DNA from: Candidatus Latescibacterota bacterium
GTDB lineage: Bacteria > Latescibacterota > UBA2968 > UBA8231
DNA: 64,000 nucleotides
Direction: 5' to 3'
Assembly (NCBI GenBank): GCA_965223905.1
Contig: CBDCXV010000011.1
Span: 1,312,001 to 1,376,000, forward strand
Numbering within the stretch: position 1 is the stretch's first letter; every line of letters begins with the position of its first letter. The notes beneath the pieces were generated by a model. It saw nothing but the letters and a program-made list of their open reading frames with translations. It ran no database searches and was not told the DNA's origin. Positions 9,652 through 19,034 of the stretch are shown piece by piece. Position numbers and translations under genes: made by a program.

Positions 9652-12012
9652 ATGAAAACCCCACTCTTCAATCGAAAACTCATCTTGTGGACCATCGCGG
9701 CGATGCTTGTGGTATGTCTCTTGCCAGACACCAGCCACGGTGCAGGGACAATTGATGATGTTGTCGAAGGAATCGAAGACGTCACCGAAGGAATTTTCGA
9801 CGTCACCGAAGGAATCATCGACTTCACCGTCGGCCTCGTGGAGGTCGCCGTCGAGGTGGTTGAGGTCGCCGTCGAGGTCCTCGACCTCACTGTCAGCCAC
9901 CTTGCCACCCTCACCCTCCATACGGCTGCCGTCACGGGCGCAATCTTAACCCTGGACGGCGAGACGCTGATCAGCTCCAGTTACGACTTCACAATTGCAG
10001 TGTGGGATCTCACGACCGGGGTGCTCAAGGCTTCCCTGGAGCTTCTGTCTCCTGTCCTTAGTCTGGCCCTCTGTCCGATCGATGGCTGCCTGCTGGCCAG
10101 TGGGACCGAGGACGGAAAGCTGCACTTGTGGGAACCCGACACCGGGGAGCTCACCACTCTCATCGGGCACACCGCCGCGATCCTGGGCACCGCCTTCAGT
10201 CCCCGTGACCACAGCCGGCTGGCCAGCGGTAGTGCGGACGCGACCATCCGTCTCTGGGACGCGGAAACCGGTACCCACCAGCGGACGCTCACCGGGCATA
10301 CCGACAGTGTCTTGAGCGTTGCCTTCAGCTCCACTGGCGACAAACTGGCCAGCGGCAGCGCGGACTCGACCATCCGTTTCTGGAACCCGGGGACAGGTGC
10401 GCACCAGCGCACTCTAACCGGGCACACCGAAGCCGTCAGGAGCATTGCTCTCAGTCTCAACGACAGCCTGCTGGCAAGTGGCAGTACGGATGGAACATTG
10501 CGCTTATGGAATGTTCTCACCGGGGAACACCTCGCCACGCTCGATCACCAGTCTCCCGTCCTGAGCGTGGCCTTCGGTCCCGGCGATACCCTCTTTGCCA
10601 GCGGCAGTGCGGACGGCAACGCGCGCTTGTGGCACCTTACTAGAGGACTCCTGGCCACACTCGGGCACGAGTCTCCTGTCCGCAGCGTGACCTTCAGTCC
10701 GGATCGCCGCATGCTGGTCAGCGGCTCAGAGGACGGCAAGGTCCGCCAGTGGCAGGTAACGTCCGTTGTAAAGTGTTGCCCCCGGGACCCCGGGAACGAT
10801 TTCAACACGATGAAAGCGGCCGGAAACCAACAGCCACGAGGCATCTGGTCGGACGGCACCACCATGTGGGTGGCGGACGATGTGGACCACAAGCTTTACG
10901 CCTACGACATGGCATCCAAGACCAGGGTACCCGCCAAAGACTTCGATACGCTGAGAGCTGCCGGAAACCAATGGATAGGAGGCATCTGGTCGGATGGAGC
11001 AACCATGTGGGTGGCGGACAATTTGGACGACAAGCTTTACGCCTACGACATGGCATCCAAGACCAGGGTACCCGCCAAGGACTTCGAATTGGATATTCGC
11101 CCTACGGGCATCTGGTCGGACGGAGCAACCATGTGGGTGGCGGACTTTTGGTACTGGAACCTTAACCCCTACGACATGGCATCCAGGGCCAGGGTACCGA
11201 CCAAGGGCTTCGAATTGGATATTCTCCCTGCGGGCATCTGGTCTGACGGAGGGACTCTGTGGGTAGCAAACACCAACAATTATTTCAAGCTGACCGCCTA
11301 CAACCTGACCACCGGGGCGGAGGAACCGGTCAAGGATTTCCACCTAAGGGATGCCGGAAATACACTCCCGTACGGAATGTGGTCGAACGGCTCCACCATG
11401 TGGGTTGCCGACCGATTGGACAAGAAGCTGTACGCCTATGACATGCCAACCGATGGGGATACACCGGTCGCAGACGCACCCCAAGACCCAGGTACGGGTA
11501 CAACCACACCGCCAACTCAAACCCCTGCCGCTACCGATTTCAACGGCGACGGCAAGACGGATTTCGTCGACTTCTTCCAGTTCATCGACGCTTACGGCGG
11601 CAGCGACGCCCGTTTCGACCTCGACGGCAACGGCACGGTCGATTTCGTCGACTTCTTCCAGTTCATCGATGCCTTCGATCCGCCGGAGCGCGCCAAGATG
11701 GTGGCCATGGCCCGGGATATGATCGGCCTGCCTGCGGAAACCCAGCTGCACCAGAACGCGCCCAATCCGTTCAACAGCGAGACCATCATTTCCTGGTTCC
11801 TGTTGGAGCCGGGTCCGGCCCAATTGGAAGTGTTCGCGCTGACCGGACAGAGGGTGGCGGTCCTGCGCCAGGAGCCGCAACAGGCCGGCTTCCACCGTGT
11901 CCACTGGGACGGCCGCGACGATGCCGGCCGTCCCCTGGCCAGCGGCATCTATCTGTACCGGCTTGTTACGAACGAGGCTGTTTTGACGCGCAAGCTCACC
12001 CTGCTGCGATAG
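9652..12012 (+). CDS. Secreted WD40 + GIWSDG-repeat propeller protein with dockerin-like/FlgD-like tail
   Basis: RBS AAGGAAG; signal peptide; acidic heptad segment; WD40 repeats; five G(I/M)WS(D/N)G.T(M/L)WVA repeats; shared C-terminal cassette. Confidence 0.88.
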   Translation: MKTPLFNRKLILWTIAAMLVVCLLPDTSHGAGTIDDVVEGIEDVTEGIFDVTEGIIDFTVGLVEVAVEVVEVAVEVLDLTVSHLATLTLHTAAVTGAILTLDGETLISSSYDFTIAVWDLTTGVLKASLELLSPVLSLALCPIDGCLLASGTEDGKLHLWEPDTGELTTLIGHTAAILGTAFSPRDHSRLASGSADATIRLWDAETGTHQRTLTGHTDSVLSVAFSSTGDKLASGSADSTIRFWNPGTGAHQRTLTGHTEAVRSIALSLNDSLLASGSTDGTLRLWNVLTGEHLATLDHQSPVLSVAFGPGDTLFASGSADGNARLWHLTRGLLATLGHESPVRSVTFSPDRRMLVSGSEDGKVRQWQVTSVVKCCPRDPGNDFNTMKAAGNQQPRGIWSDGTTMWVADDVDHKLYAYDMASKTRVPAKDFDTLRAAGNQWIGGIWSDGATMWVADNLDDKLYAYDMASKTRVPAKDFELDIRPTGIWSDGATMWVADFWYWNLNPYDMASRARVPTKGFELDILPAGIWSDGGTLWVANTNNYFKLTAYNLTTGAEEPVKDFHLRDAGNTLPYGMWSNGSTMWVADRLDKKLYAYDMPTDGDTPVADAPQDPGTGTTTPPTQTPAATDFNGDGKTDFVDFFQFIDAYGGSDARFDLDGNGTVDFVDFFQFIDAFDPPERAKMVAMARDMIGLPAETQLHQNAPNPFNSETIISWFLLEPGPAQLEVFALTGQRVAVLRQEPQQAGFHRVHWDGRDDAGRPLASGIYLYRLVTNEAVLTRKLTLLR
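9757..9882 (+). repeat. Six degenerate 21-bp (7-aa) tandem units
   Basis: gacgtcaccgaaggaat(tttc/catc) and gaggtcgccgtcgaggt(ggtt/cctc) units encoding DVTEGIF / EVAVEVV. Confidence 0.75.
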
Positions 12013-12125
12013 AGACTGCACCAATGGGCTGGAGCCTGAATGACGGGGGCAATCAGAGGATTGATACGCTCACCAAACTCTTTTGGAAGACTCCCTCAAA
12101 ATGTATCCTTGAAAAGGAGAAAGAT

Positions 12126-12842
12126 ATGCTACGGTTTATCCCGGTCGTGTACCTGACTGCTCTTATAGTGACTACGCCGCTTTTCCCCCAGCAGATGGAG
12201 GATGTCGTCCACTTGAAGAACGGAAGCGTCGTTCGGGGTACCATCATCGAGCGGATTCCCGGCCAATCGCTGAAGATCCAAACCCAAGGTGGCAGCGTTT
12301 TCGTCTATGCCATAGACGAGATCGCCCAAATCGCCAAGAAACCTGTGATGGAGACGGAAGAGGCCGCCACCGGGGCCGAAATCGGAACGCTCTTCGGGTT
12401 CTCTCACCTTTCTTCTGATGGCGATGGGATAACTATGATTGGGGCGCCGGGTGGCTTTATAGGTGGCTTCGGGACCCCTTCGCTTTACGTATCCTGGTTT
12501 CCGAGTGAAAAGCTGACCATTGGGCCCGAATTCAATTTCGGGCGTATTGCAGTAGACGGAGATGGCATCACTTCACTTTATCTTGGGGGCCGGGGTGCAT
12601 TCTTTCCGAATAGCAACGCATTGCCCGGTGTCTACATACTAGGACAGAGCGCTTTAATCGTCCTGAGCGACGAGTACGACTCGGAGACTGATTTCTCCGC
12701 CGGAGCCGGCTTGGGTTATCAGTGGCGTCTGGGCCCTGCTTTCGTCCTTCGGGCGGAAGGGCGGTATCGGCTATGGTTTGAGGACGAAGTTAATGACTTC
12801 TCGCTCCTGCTCGGGCTGGGTACCAGACTCAATGGCAAATAG
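12126..12842 (+). CDS. Exported protein: DVVHLKNG N-domain + probable outer-membrane beta-barrel
   Basis: RBS AAAGGAG; signal peptide; amphipathic strands (GAGLGYQW, LRAEGRYR, FSLLLGLG). Confidence 0.75.
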   Translation: MLRFIPVVYLTALIVTTPLFPQQMEDVVHLKNGSVVRGTIIERIPGQSLKIQTQGGSVFVYAIDEIAQIAKKPVMETEEAATGAEIGTLFGFSHLSSDGDGITMIGAPGGFIGGFGTPSLYVSWFPSEKLTIGPEFNFGRIAVDGDGITSLYLGGRGAFFPNSNALPGVYILGQSALIVLSDEYDSETDFSAGAGLGYQWRLGPAFVLRAEGRYRLWFEDEVNDFSLLLGLGTRLNGK

Positions 12843-12921
12843 ACAAAATGGTCGACATTTTTGGGGTTTGCGGCGCGTCCCGGCCCATTTTGCCCCTTGA
12901 TTCGTAAGGAGGAACGAAATT

Positions 12922-13602
12922 ATGCAGCGTTTTTTAACGGTTTTCTTTTTGACGGCGCTTGTAATTCACTCGCCGCTCCTCGCCCAGAAGATTGAAGATG
13001 TCATTCACCTGAAGAATGGAGAAACCGTTCGCGGCACCATCATTGAGCAGATTCCCGGCGAATCGTTGAAGATACAAACCGCAGACGGAAGCGTTTTCGT
13101 CTACACGATATACGAGATCGCCGAAATCAGCAGGGAACCGGTGATGAAAATGGAAGAAGGATTCATCAAGGCCAAAAAGAAAAATCCCTGGCTTGCTTCC
13201 GGCCTGTCGTTGCTGATTCCCGGTACCGGACAATTCTATAATGACCAATACGACAAAGGGCTGCCCCAACTCGGAGTTGCACTGGCAGGGGCAGGGTTTG
13301 TGTGGTGGGGTTTGAGGGATAATTGGGAGGAATGGGACAACCCGAAATCGTCCTGGAACCCGCTCCAGTGGGTCGATGAGGATGAAGATGATTGGACAAT
13401 CTTTATCGGGGCTCCTCTTTGGTTAGGCAGCTTGATGTGGTCGGTGATTGACGCAAACCTCTCTGCCAATCGCATCAATCAGGAAGGTCAGCAACCTGAT
13501 TTCAGCCATCTGCTGGAGTTTGGTGAAGACCGAGCCACGTTGGGATTGGATCCCGTTTGGGGGCGCTACGGGCCAGGTGCGAAACTGATGCTTCATTTTT
13601 AA
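12922..13602 (+). CDS. Exported protein: DVIHLKNG N-domain + TM2/DUF5683-like membrane domain
   Basis: RBS TAAGGAGG; N-domain paralogous to 12126; [22 protein letters not shown] motif. Confidence 0.75.
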   Translation: MQRFLTVFFLTALVIHSPLLAQKIEDVIHLKNGETVRGTIIEQIPGESLKIQTADGSVFVYTIYEIAEISREPVMKMEEGFIKAKKKNPWLASGLSLLIPGTGQFYNDQYDKGLPQLGVALAGAGFVWWGLRDNWEEWDNPKSSWNPLQWVDEDEDDWTIFIGAPLWLGSLMWSVIDANLSANRINQEGQQPDFSHLLEFGEDRATLGLDPVWGRYGPGAKLMLHF

Positions 13603-13745
13603 TCTCCTTGCCAGCGCCAGCCCTTTCCATCCTGGCCATGAGAGTTCAACAAAGTCCTGAACTTTTCCCGAGGCAACTGAATCAAAAAATGACTGATAAA
13701 CTTTTCAAAACCCCGTTTTTCCAGCCAACCGCAAGGAGGAAGGCT

Positions 13746-16193
13746 ATGAAATACTCCGCACTGTTTTTGCTATTGGCTTTCAGCCTCGCCGCATGCAGAG
13801 GACCTCAGGGCCCGCCGGGCAAGGATGGCACATCGGGCCAGATGGGCCCGATGGGGCCTTCAGGCGAACAAGGATCCCAGGGCGATCAAGGACCTGAAGG
13901 ACCCAAAGGCGAAGGCGATCAAGGACCCCAAGGGGATCAAGGCGATCAAGGACCTCAAGGGGATCAAGGGGATCAAGGACCTCAAGGACCTCAAGGGGAT
14001 CAAGGCGATCAGGGGCCTCAAGGGGAAAAGGGCGAAGGGGAACAAGGACCGGAGGGACCCCAAGGACCCCAGGGCGATCAAGGACCTCAAGGACCCCAGG
14101 GCGATCAGGGACCCCAAGGACCTCAAGGCGATCAAGGACCTCAAGGCGAAGGCGAACAAGGACCTGAGGGGCCTCAAGGACCCGAGGGACCCCAAGGACC
14201 CCAAGGCGAAGGACCCCCAGGACCTGAAGGACCCCAAGGGCCTGAGGGTCCCCAAGGACCTGAAGGGCCTGCGGGCACCGGAGATGGCGAACCAGGGCCT
14301 CCTGGCCCCGAAGGACCTCAAGGCGAACAAGGGCCCGAGGGACCTCAAGGACCCCAAGGCGAAGGACCCCCAGGACCTGAGGGACCCCAAGGACCCCAGG
14401 GCGATCAAGGACCTCAAGGACCCCAGGGCGAAGGCGAACAAGGACCCCAGGGCGATCAGGGACCTCAAGGACCCCAGGGCGATCAAGGACCTCAAGGACC
14501 CCAGGGCGATCAGGGACCCCAAGGACCTCAAGGCGATCAAGGACCTCAAGGCGAAGGCGAACAAGGACCTGAGGGGCCTCAAGGACCCGAGGGACCCCAA
14601 GGACCCCAAGGCGAAGGACCCCCAGGACCTGAAGGACCCCAAGGGCCTGAGGGTCCCCAAGGACCTGAAGGGCCTGCGGGCACCGGAGATGGCGAACCAG
14701 GGCCTCCTGGCCCCGAAGGACCTCAAGGCGAACAAGGGCCCGAGGGACCTCAAGGACCCCAAGGCGAAGGACCCCCAGGACCTGAAGGACCCCAAGGGCC
14801 TGAGGGTCCCCAAGGACCTGAAGGGCCTGCGGGCACCGGAGATGGCGAACCAGGGCCTCCTGGCCCCGAAGGACCTCAAGGCGAACAAGGGCCCGAGGGA
14901 CCTCCAGGCGAACAAGGCGACCAAGGACCTGAAGGGCTTCCAGGCGAACAAGGCGACCAAGGACCTGAAGGGCTTCCAGGCGAACAAGGCGACCAAGGAC
15001 CTGAAGGGCCTCCAGGCGAACAAGGCGACCAAGGACCTGAAGGGCTTCCAGGCGAACAAGGCGACCAAGGACCTGAAGGGCCTCCAGGCGAACAAGGCGA
15101 CCAAGGACCTGAAGGGCTTCCAGGCGAACAAGGCGACCAAGGACCTGAAGGGCTTCCAGGCGAACAGGGACCTGAGGGACCTCCAGGGCCTGGAGGATCC
15201 GGAGACGGACCAGGGGGACAGGAACCTCCCGTCTTCGAGGCCACGGGAGACAGCGCCGCTTTGGTCTCTCTTTACTATACTGCGGGCGGGGAAGCCTGGA
15301 CGGATAAGTCCCGGTGGCTCAGCTCTGCCCCCATCAGCGAATGGTACGGTGTCACCACCAACCCCAGCGGCCGCGTCGTCCTTGGGCTGGATTTAAGGGA
15401 GAATGCTTTGTGGGGGACGATCCCACCCGAACTGGGAAACCTCACCTTCCTGGAAACTCTGTACCTCTTCGGTAATCAGTTACGGGAGGAGATTCCACCG
15501 GAACTGGCAAACCTCGAAAACCTTAAATACCTGGGTCTGTCAGGAAACGATTTGCAAGGGGAAATTCCACCGGAACTCGGCAATCTCGAAAACCTGGAAT
15601 TCTTGAATCTGGAAAACAACGAGTTGCAGGGGGAAATACCACCGGAACTGGGGAACCTCCTCAACCTGAAAACCCTGTCCCTGAGTGGCAACAGGTTGGA
15701 GGGGGAAATTCCTCCAGAACTGGAAAACCTCCAGAACCTGGAAGTTCTGGGCTTGAGCAGAAACAGGTTGGAGGGAGTGGTCCCGGATTTTTTGGCGGAC
15801 TTCCCCAACCTGGAAGACCTGTTCCTCAAGGGAAACACCGAACTGAATGGATGCTTGCCGGAGGGGGCATCGGTGCCGTACTGCTCCATTCCAACGAGCT
15901 TAAAGGCTCTGCTGAAGGAGGGTGTACACCTCACTTGGGATCCCGTGGAAGGGGCTACCCATTACAATCTTTACTGGGAGGATAGTCGGTTCCAAGATAA
16001 CTGCACAGTGAGCTCTGGTGGTTCAACCGAGGGGTTCTCCGGTTGTGAGGAAATAGCTACCGAAATCTTTGAGACAACCTACATCCACAATACCACCCGG
16101 GCGGAGTCCTTCCACCTCTACTGGGTTACTGCTTGTACCAGCGATGGGTGCTCGACCATCGATAGCAGGGAGGATCCCGGAGCCGGCATTTAG
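13746..16193 (+). CDS. Collagen-like lipoprotein: long G-X-Y stalk + plant/RLK-type LRR + FN3-like Cys domain
   Basis: RBS AAGGAGG; lipobox LAAC; ~460 aa of G-X-Y; [16 protein letters not shown] repeats; [14 protein letters not shown]...YWVTAC. Confidence 0.9.
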   Translation: MKYSALFLLLAFSLAACRGPQGPPGKDGTSGQMGPMGPSGEQGSQGDQGPEGPKGEGDQGPQGDQGDQGPQGDQGDQGPQGPQGDQGDQGPQGEKGEGEQGPEGPQGPQGDQGPQGPQGDQGPQGPQGDQGPQGEGEQGPEGPQGPEGPQGPQGEGPPGPEGPQGPEGPQGPEGPAGTGDGEPGPPGPEGPQGEQGPEGPQGPQGEGPPGPEGPQGPQGDQGPQGPQGEGEQGPQGDQGPQGPQGDQGPQGPQGDQGPQGPQGDQGPQGEGEQGPEGPQGPEGPQGPQGEGPPGPEGPQGPEGPQGPEGPAGTGDGEPGPPGPEGPQGEQGPEGPQGPQGEGPPGPEGPQGPEGPQGPEGPAGTGDGEPGPPGPEGPQGEQGPEGPPGEQGDQGPEGLPGEQGDQGPEGLPGEQGDQGPEGPPGEQGDQGPEGLPGEQGDQGPEGPPGEQGDQGPEGLPGEQGDQGPEGLPGEQGPEGPPGPGGSGDGPGGQEPPVFEATGDSAALVSLYYTAGGEAWTDKSRWLSSAPISEWYGVTTNPSGRVVLGLDLRENALWGTIPPELGNLTFLETLYLFGNQLREEIPPELANLENLKYLGLSGNDLQGEIPPELGNLENLEFLNLENNELQGEIPPELGNLLNLKTLSLSGNRLEGEIPPELENLQNLEVLGLSRNRLEGVVPDFLADFPNLEDLFLKGNTELNGCLPEGASVPYCSIPTSLKALLKEGVHLTWDPVEGATHYNLYWEDSRFQDNCTVSSGGSTEGFSGCEEIATEIFETTYIHNTTRAESFHLYWVTACTSDGCSTIDSREDPGAGI
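14062..15166 (+). repeat. Nested near-exact duplications in the collagen stalk: 405-bp, 153-bp and 7 x 36-bp
   Basis: gcgggcaccggagatggcgaacc at 14271, 14676 and 14829; ccaggcgaacaaggcgaccaaggacctgaagggc(t/c)t x7 at 14904-15155. Confidence 0.85.
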
Positions 16194-16331
16194 GATTGGA
16201 TTACTTGAAAGAGGAGTACTCATCCGACCACTGTTCAGGCGTCAGCACAAACCCCAGGCTGGATGAGTACGCCTCTTCCCTGCCCGACGGCTTGGATCTG
16301 ACTCGCAGGAAATACTCCTTCACCCAGGAAG

Positions 16332-16703
16332 ATGGAACCCATGCTCGGACGGAGGCGAATCCCCCTTCTCGGGTTGCTGTTGGGCTGGGCCGCTTGTGGA
16401 GCCAGCGGCAAGGGAACCGGGCCGGAGCCGGTAGTTGAGCCGGAACCGGTTGTTGAATCGGAACCGGTAGTTGAATCGGAACCGGTTGTCGAATCGGAAC
16501 CGGAACCAAAATGGAAGTGGTCTTGTACCGCTACTGCCACTGGCAGAGACCGCCTCTTCGGAGGGCAAGTTTCTGGCACCATCAGTGTCTCTGAAGACAC
16601 CGAGGCAGAAGCCCGACAGGGTCTGCAGGACGCGGCCTGCTTGATATTCAAAGATTGTGGACAGCTTCAGAACATATCCTGTGATGAACGGGAGGAATCT
16701 TAG
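16332..16703 (+). CDS. Small putative lipoprotein with (EPVVES) linker and 4-Cys domain
   Basis: RRR-hydrophobic-WAAC lipobox; four 18-bp repeats at 16422-16493; fills the gap between two collagen genes. Start may be 16341. Confidence 0.65.
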   Translation: MEPMLGRRRIPLLGLLLGWAACGASGKGTGPEPVVEPEPVVESEPVVESEPVVESEPEPKWKWSCTATATGRDRLFGGQVSGTISVSEDTEAEARQGLQDAACLIFKDCGQLQNISCDEREES

Positions 16704-16762
16704 ACGTGGGCGAACCACGCACCCGTGCCGGTTTACTTATTGCATCCGGAAGGAGGCAGTCG

Positions 16763-17881
16763 ATGAACTACTTTGCGTTCATACCGTTGTTAGCTTTCGG
16801 CCTCGTCGCCTGCGAAGGACCTCAAGGGCCGATGGGGCCTCCAGGGCCCCAGGGCGAACAAGGGCCTCTAGGGCCCCAAGGCGAAGGCGAGCAAGGGCCT
16901 GAGGGACCGCAAGGGCCCCAAGGGCCTGAGGGACCCCAAGGGCCTCAAGGCGAACAAGGACCTCAAGGACCGCAAGATGAACAAGGATCTGCTGCCTCCC
17001 CTGCCATGTCAGACAGTACCGTACTGATCGCGTTCTACGATGCCGCGGGCGGACAGAGCTGGAAGGACAACACCAACTGGTTGAGTGAGGTCCCCATCAG
17101 TGAATGGTACGGCGTCACCACCAACCCAGGCGGCCGTTACGTCATCCGGCTCGATCTCCCGGAGAACGGGTTGTGGGGAACGATCCCGCCGGAACTGGGC
17201 AACCTCCCCTACCTGGAATTCCTCAACCTGCGTAGCAACGAGCTCCGGGGGGAGGTTCCGGCGGAACTGGCCAACCTTGGCAACCTGGAAACCCTGGGCC
17301 TGGAGAACAACAAGCTGCAGGGAGAAGTTCCGTCGGGATTGGGCAAACTTGGCAACCTGCTGGCGCTGGCCCTGGGGAACAACAAGCTGCAGGGGGAGAT
17401 TCCAACGGTCCTGGGAAACCTCGAAAACCTGGAATACCTGAGCCTCAACGATAACAGGCTGGAGGGAGTGGTCCCGTCCGAACTGGGAAACCTCGAAAAC
17501 CTGCAAATCCTGTTTCTCGATGGAAACAACCAGCTGAATGGATGCCTGCCCGAGGGGGCGTCGGTGCCGTACTGCACAAGTCCAGGAAACCAACGATTCG
17601 GGTGGGATGAGGAGACGATAGTCGTCAGTTGGGAACCTGTGGAAAGGGCTACCCACTACAATATCTACTGGGACGATTTCTTCACATCCTGCCATCTGGA
17701 GCAAAGCGGCAAGCCGAGCTGGTGCGAGGAACTTGCTACACAGGTCTCCGAGACGACCTACGTTCACACTGACGCACCGGAACCAGGCCTTTTCGACATC
17801 AACTACTGGGTCACCGCCTGCAACAGCGATGGGTGCTCGAGGATCGACACTGAAAACCCGGCCAGGTCCTCGGCGCAGTAG
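16763..17881 (+). CDS. Short-stalk collagen lipoprotein + RLK-type LRR + FN3-like domain (paralog of 13746)
   Basis: RBS AAGGAGG; lipobox LVAC; ~60 aa G-X-Y; [14 protein letters not shown] identical to 13746. Confidence 0.88.
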   Translation: MNYFAFIPLLAFGLVACEGPQGPMGPPGPQGEQGPLGPQGEGEQGPEGPQGPQGPEGPQGPQGEQGPQGPQDEQGSAASPAMSDSTVLIAFYDAAGGQSWKDNTNWLSEVPISEWYGVTTNPGGRYVIRLDLPENGLWGTIPPELGNLPYLEFLNLRSNELRGEVPAELANLGNLETLGLENNKLQGEVPSGLGKLGNLLALALGNNKLQGEIPTVLGNLENLEYLSLNDNRLEGVVPSELGNLENLQILFLDGNNQLNGCLPEGASVPYCTSPGNQRFGWDEETIVVSWEPVERATHYNIYWDDFFTSCHLEQSGKPSWCEELATQVSETTYVHTDAPEPGLFDINYWVTACNSDGCSRIDTENPARSSAQ

Positions 17882-17946
17882 AAAAAAAACCTTGCAAGAG
17901 GGCATTCATCGGAAAACCAGCCCTCTTCATCTGAAAGGAGCAGGAA

Positions 17947-18939
17947 ATGAAATATTTCGCGCTTTCTTTGATTTTCGCTTTCGCCCTCGCCGCATGCACA
18001 GGCCCTGAGGGCCCAACGGGACCTCAAGGGCCCCAAGGAGAAAAGGGTGAACCAGGATCTCAAGGACCTCAAGGCGAAGGCGAACAAGGGCCCCAAGGGC
18101 CAGAGGGACCCCAAGGGCCTCAAGGGGAACAAGGACCTGAGGGACCCCAGGGGGAAGGGGAACAAGGACCTGAGGGACCTCAAGGACCTCAAGGCGAACG
18201 AGGGTCGACGTACAGAATACTGTACTGGGCGGACTCCGATGCGGGCAAGATTCAGCGCGCCAACCTCGACGGTTCCGAAGTTCAAACCATCGTCTCCGGA
18301 TTGGAGGATCCGGAGGGAATTGCCCTCGACGCGGGCAGTGGGAAGATATACTGGACGGAATGGGAGAGCATTAAGCGGGCCAACCTCGACGGATCCCAAA
18401 TCGAAAGCCTCGGCACCGTATGGGGAAGTGACATCGCCCTGGACGTGACCGAAGGCAAATCTTACCTGGCGAACTGGAAAGGGATAATCTACCGCACCGG
18501 CCTCGGCGGTTCCCCGGTCGAAACCGTCGTCCCCGAAGCGGGTGCGTCAGAGGCCATCGCCCTGGATCTGAGCAGAGGCAAGATGTACTGGGGGGGCTGG
18601 CGCGGGGAGGAGATCAGGTGGGCCGACCTCGACGGATCCCAACTCGAAATCATCGTCACCGGGGTGGATCGTGCACGCGACCTGGCCGTCGACGAGGGGG
18701 GGGGCAGGATATACTGGGCCTCGGATGCCGGAGTTCAACGGGCCAACCTCGACGGTTCCCAGGTCGAAACCCTCTTCTCCGAACACAGTATGGGCATTGC
18801 CCTCGACCTGGGCGGGGGCAAGATATACTGGACCGAATGGATCGAGGAGAGGATTCGCCGGGCCAACCTCGACGGGTCACAGGTCCAAACCATCGTCACC
18901 GGGTTGGAGTGGCCGCGCGATATCGCCTTGGGTCCCTGA
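17947..18939 (+). CDS. Short-stalk collagen lipoprotein + YWTD propeller
   Basis: Lipobox LAAC; G-X-Y run; GKIYWTE...RANLDGSQV repeats. Confidence 0.88.
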   Translation: MKYFALSLIFAFALAACTGPEGPTGPQGPQGEKGEPGSQGPQGEGEQGPQGPEGPQGPQGEQGPEGPQGEGEQGPEGPQGPQGERGSTYRILYWADSDAGKIQRANLDGSEVQTIVSGLEDPEGIALDAGSGKIYWTEWESIKRANLDGSQIESLGTVWGSDIALDVTEGKSYLANWKGIIYRTGLGGSPVETVVPEAGASEAIALDLSRGKMYWGGWRGEEIRWADLDGSQLEIIVTGVDRARDLAVDEGGGRIYWASDAGVQRANLDGSQVETLFSEHSMGIALDLGGGKIYWTEWIEERIRRANLDGSQVQTIVTGLEWPRDIALGP

Positions 18940-19034
18940 AATCTGAAATGAGCGGGAACAGTCCGGAAAGGTTGCGGTTGGACCCCGGGCTGTTTCCAAA
19001 GCTTTTCGACGGCATTCCGGAACCATAGATATTC

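Noticed and set aside
14904-15166. 36-bp repeats of CRISPR-like length
   Set aside because: Head-to-tail with no spacers, in frame within a CDS, and no cas genes.
13825-15396. Long alternative-frame ORFs (KDLKDP repeats; antisense LRSLG repeats) over the collagen gene
   Set aside because: Shadows of a stop-free repetitive G-X-Y sequence.
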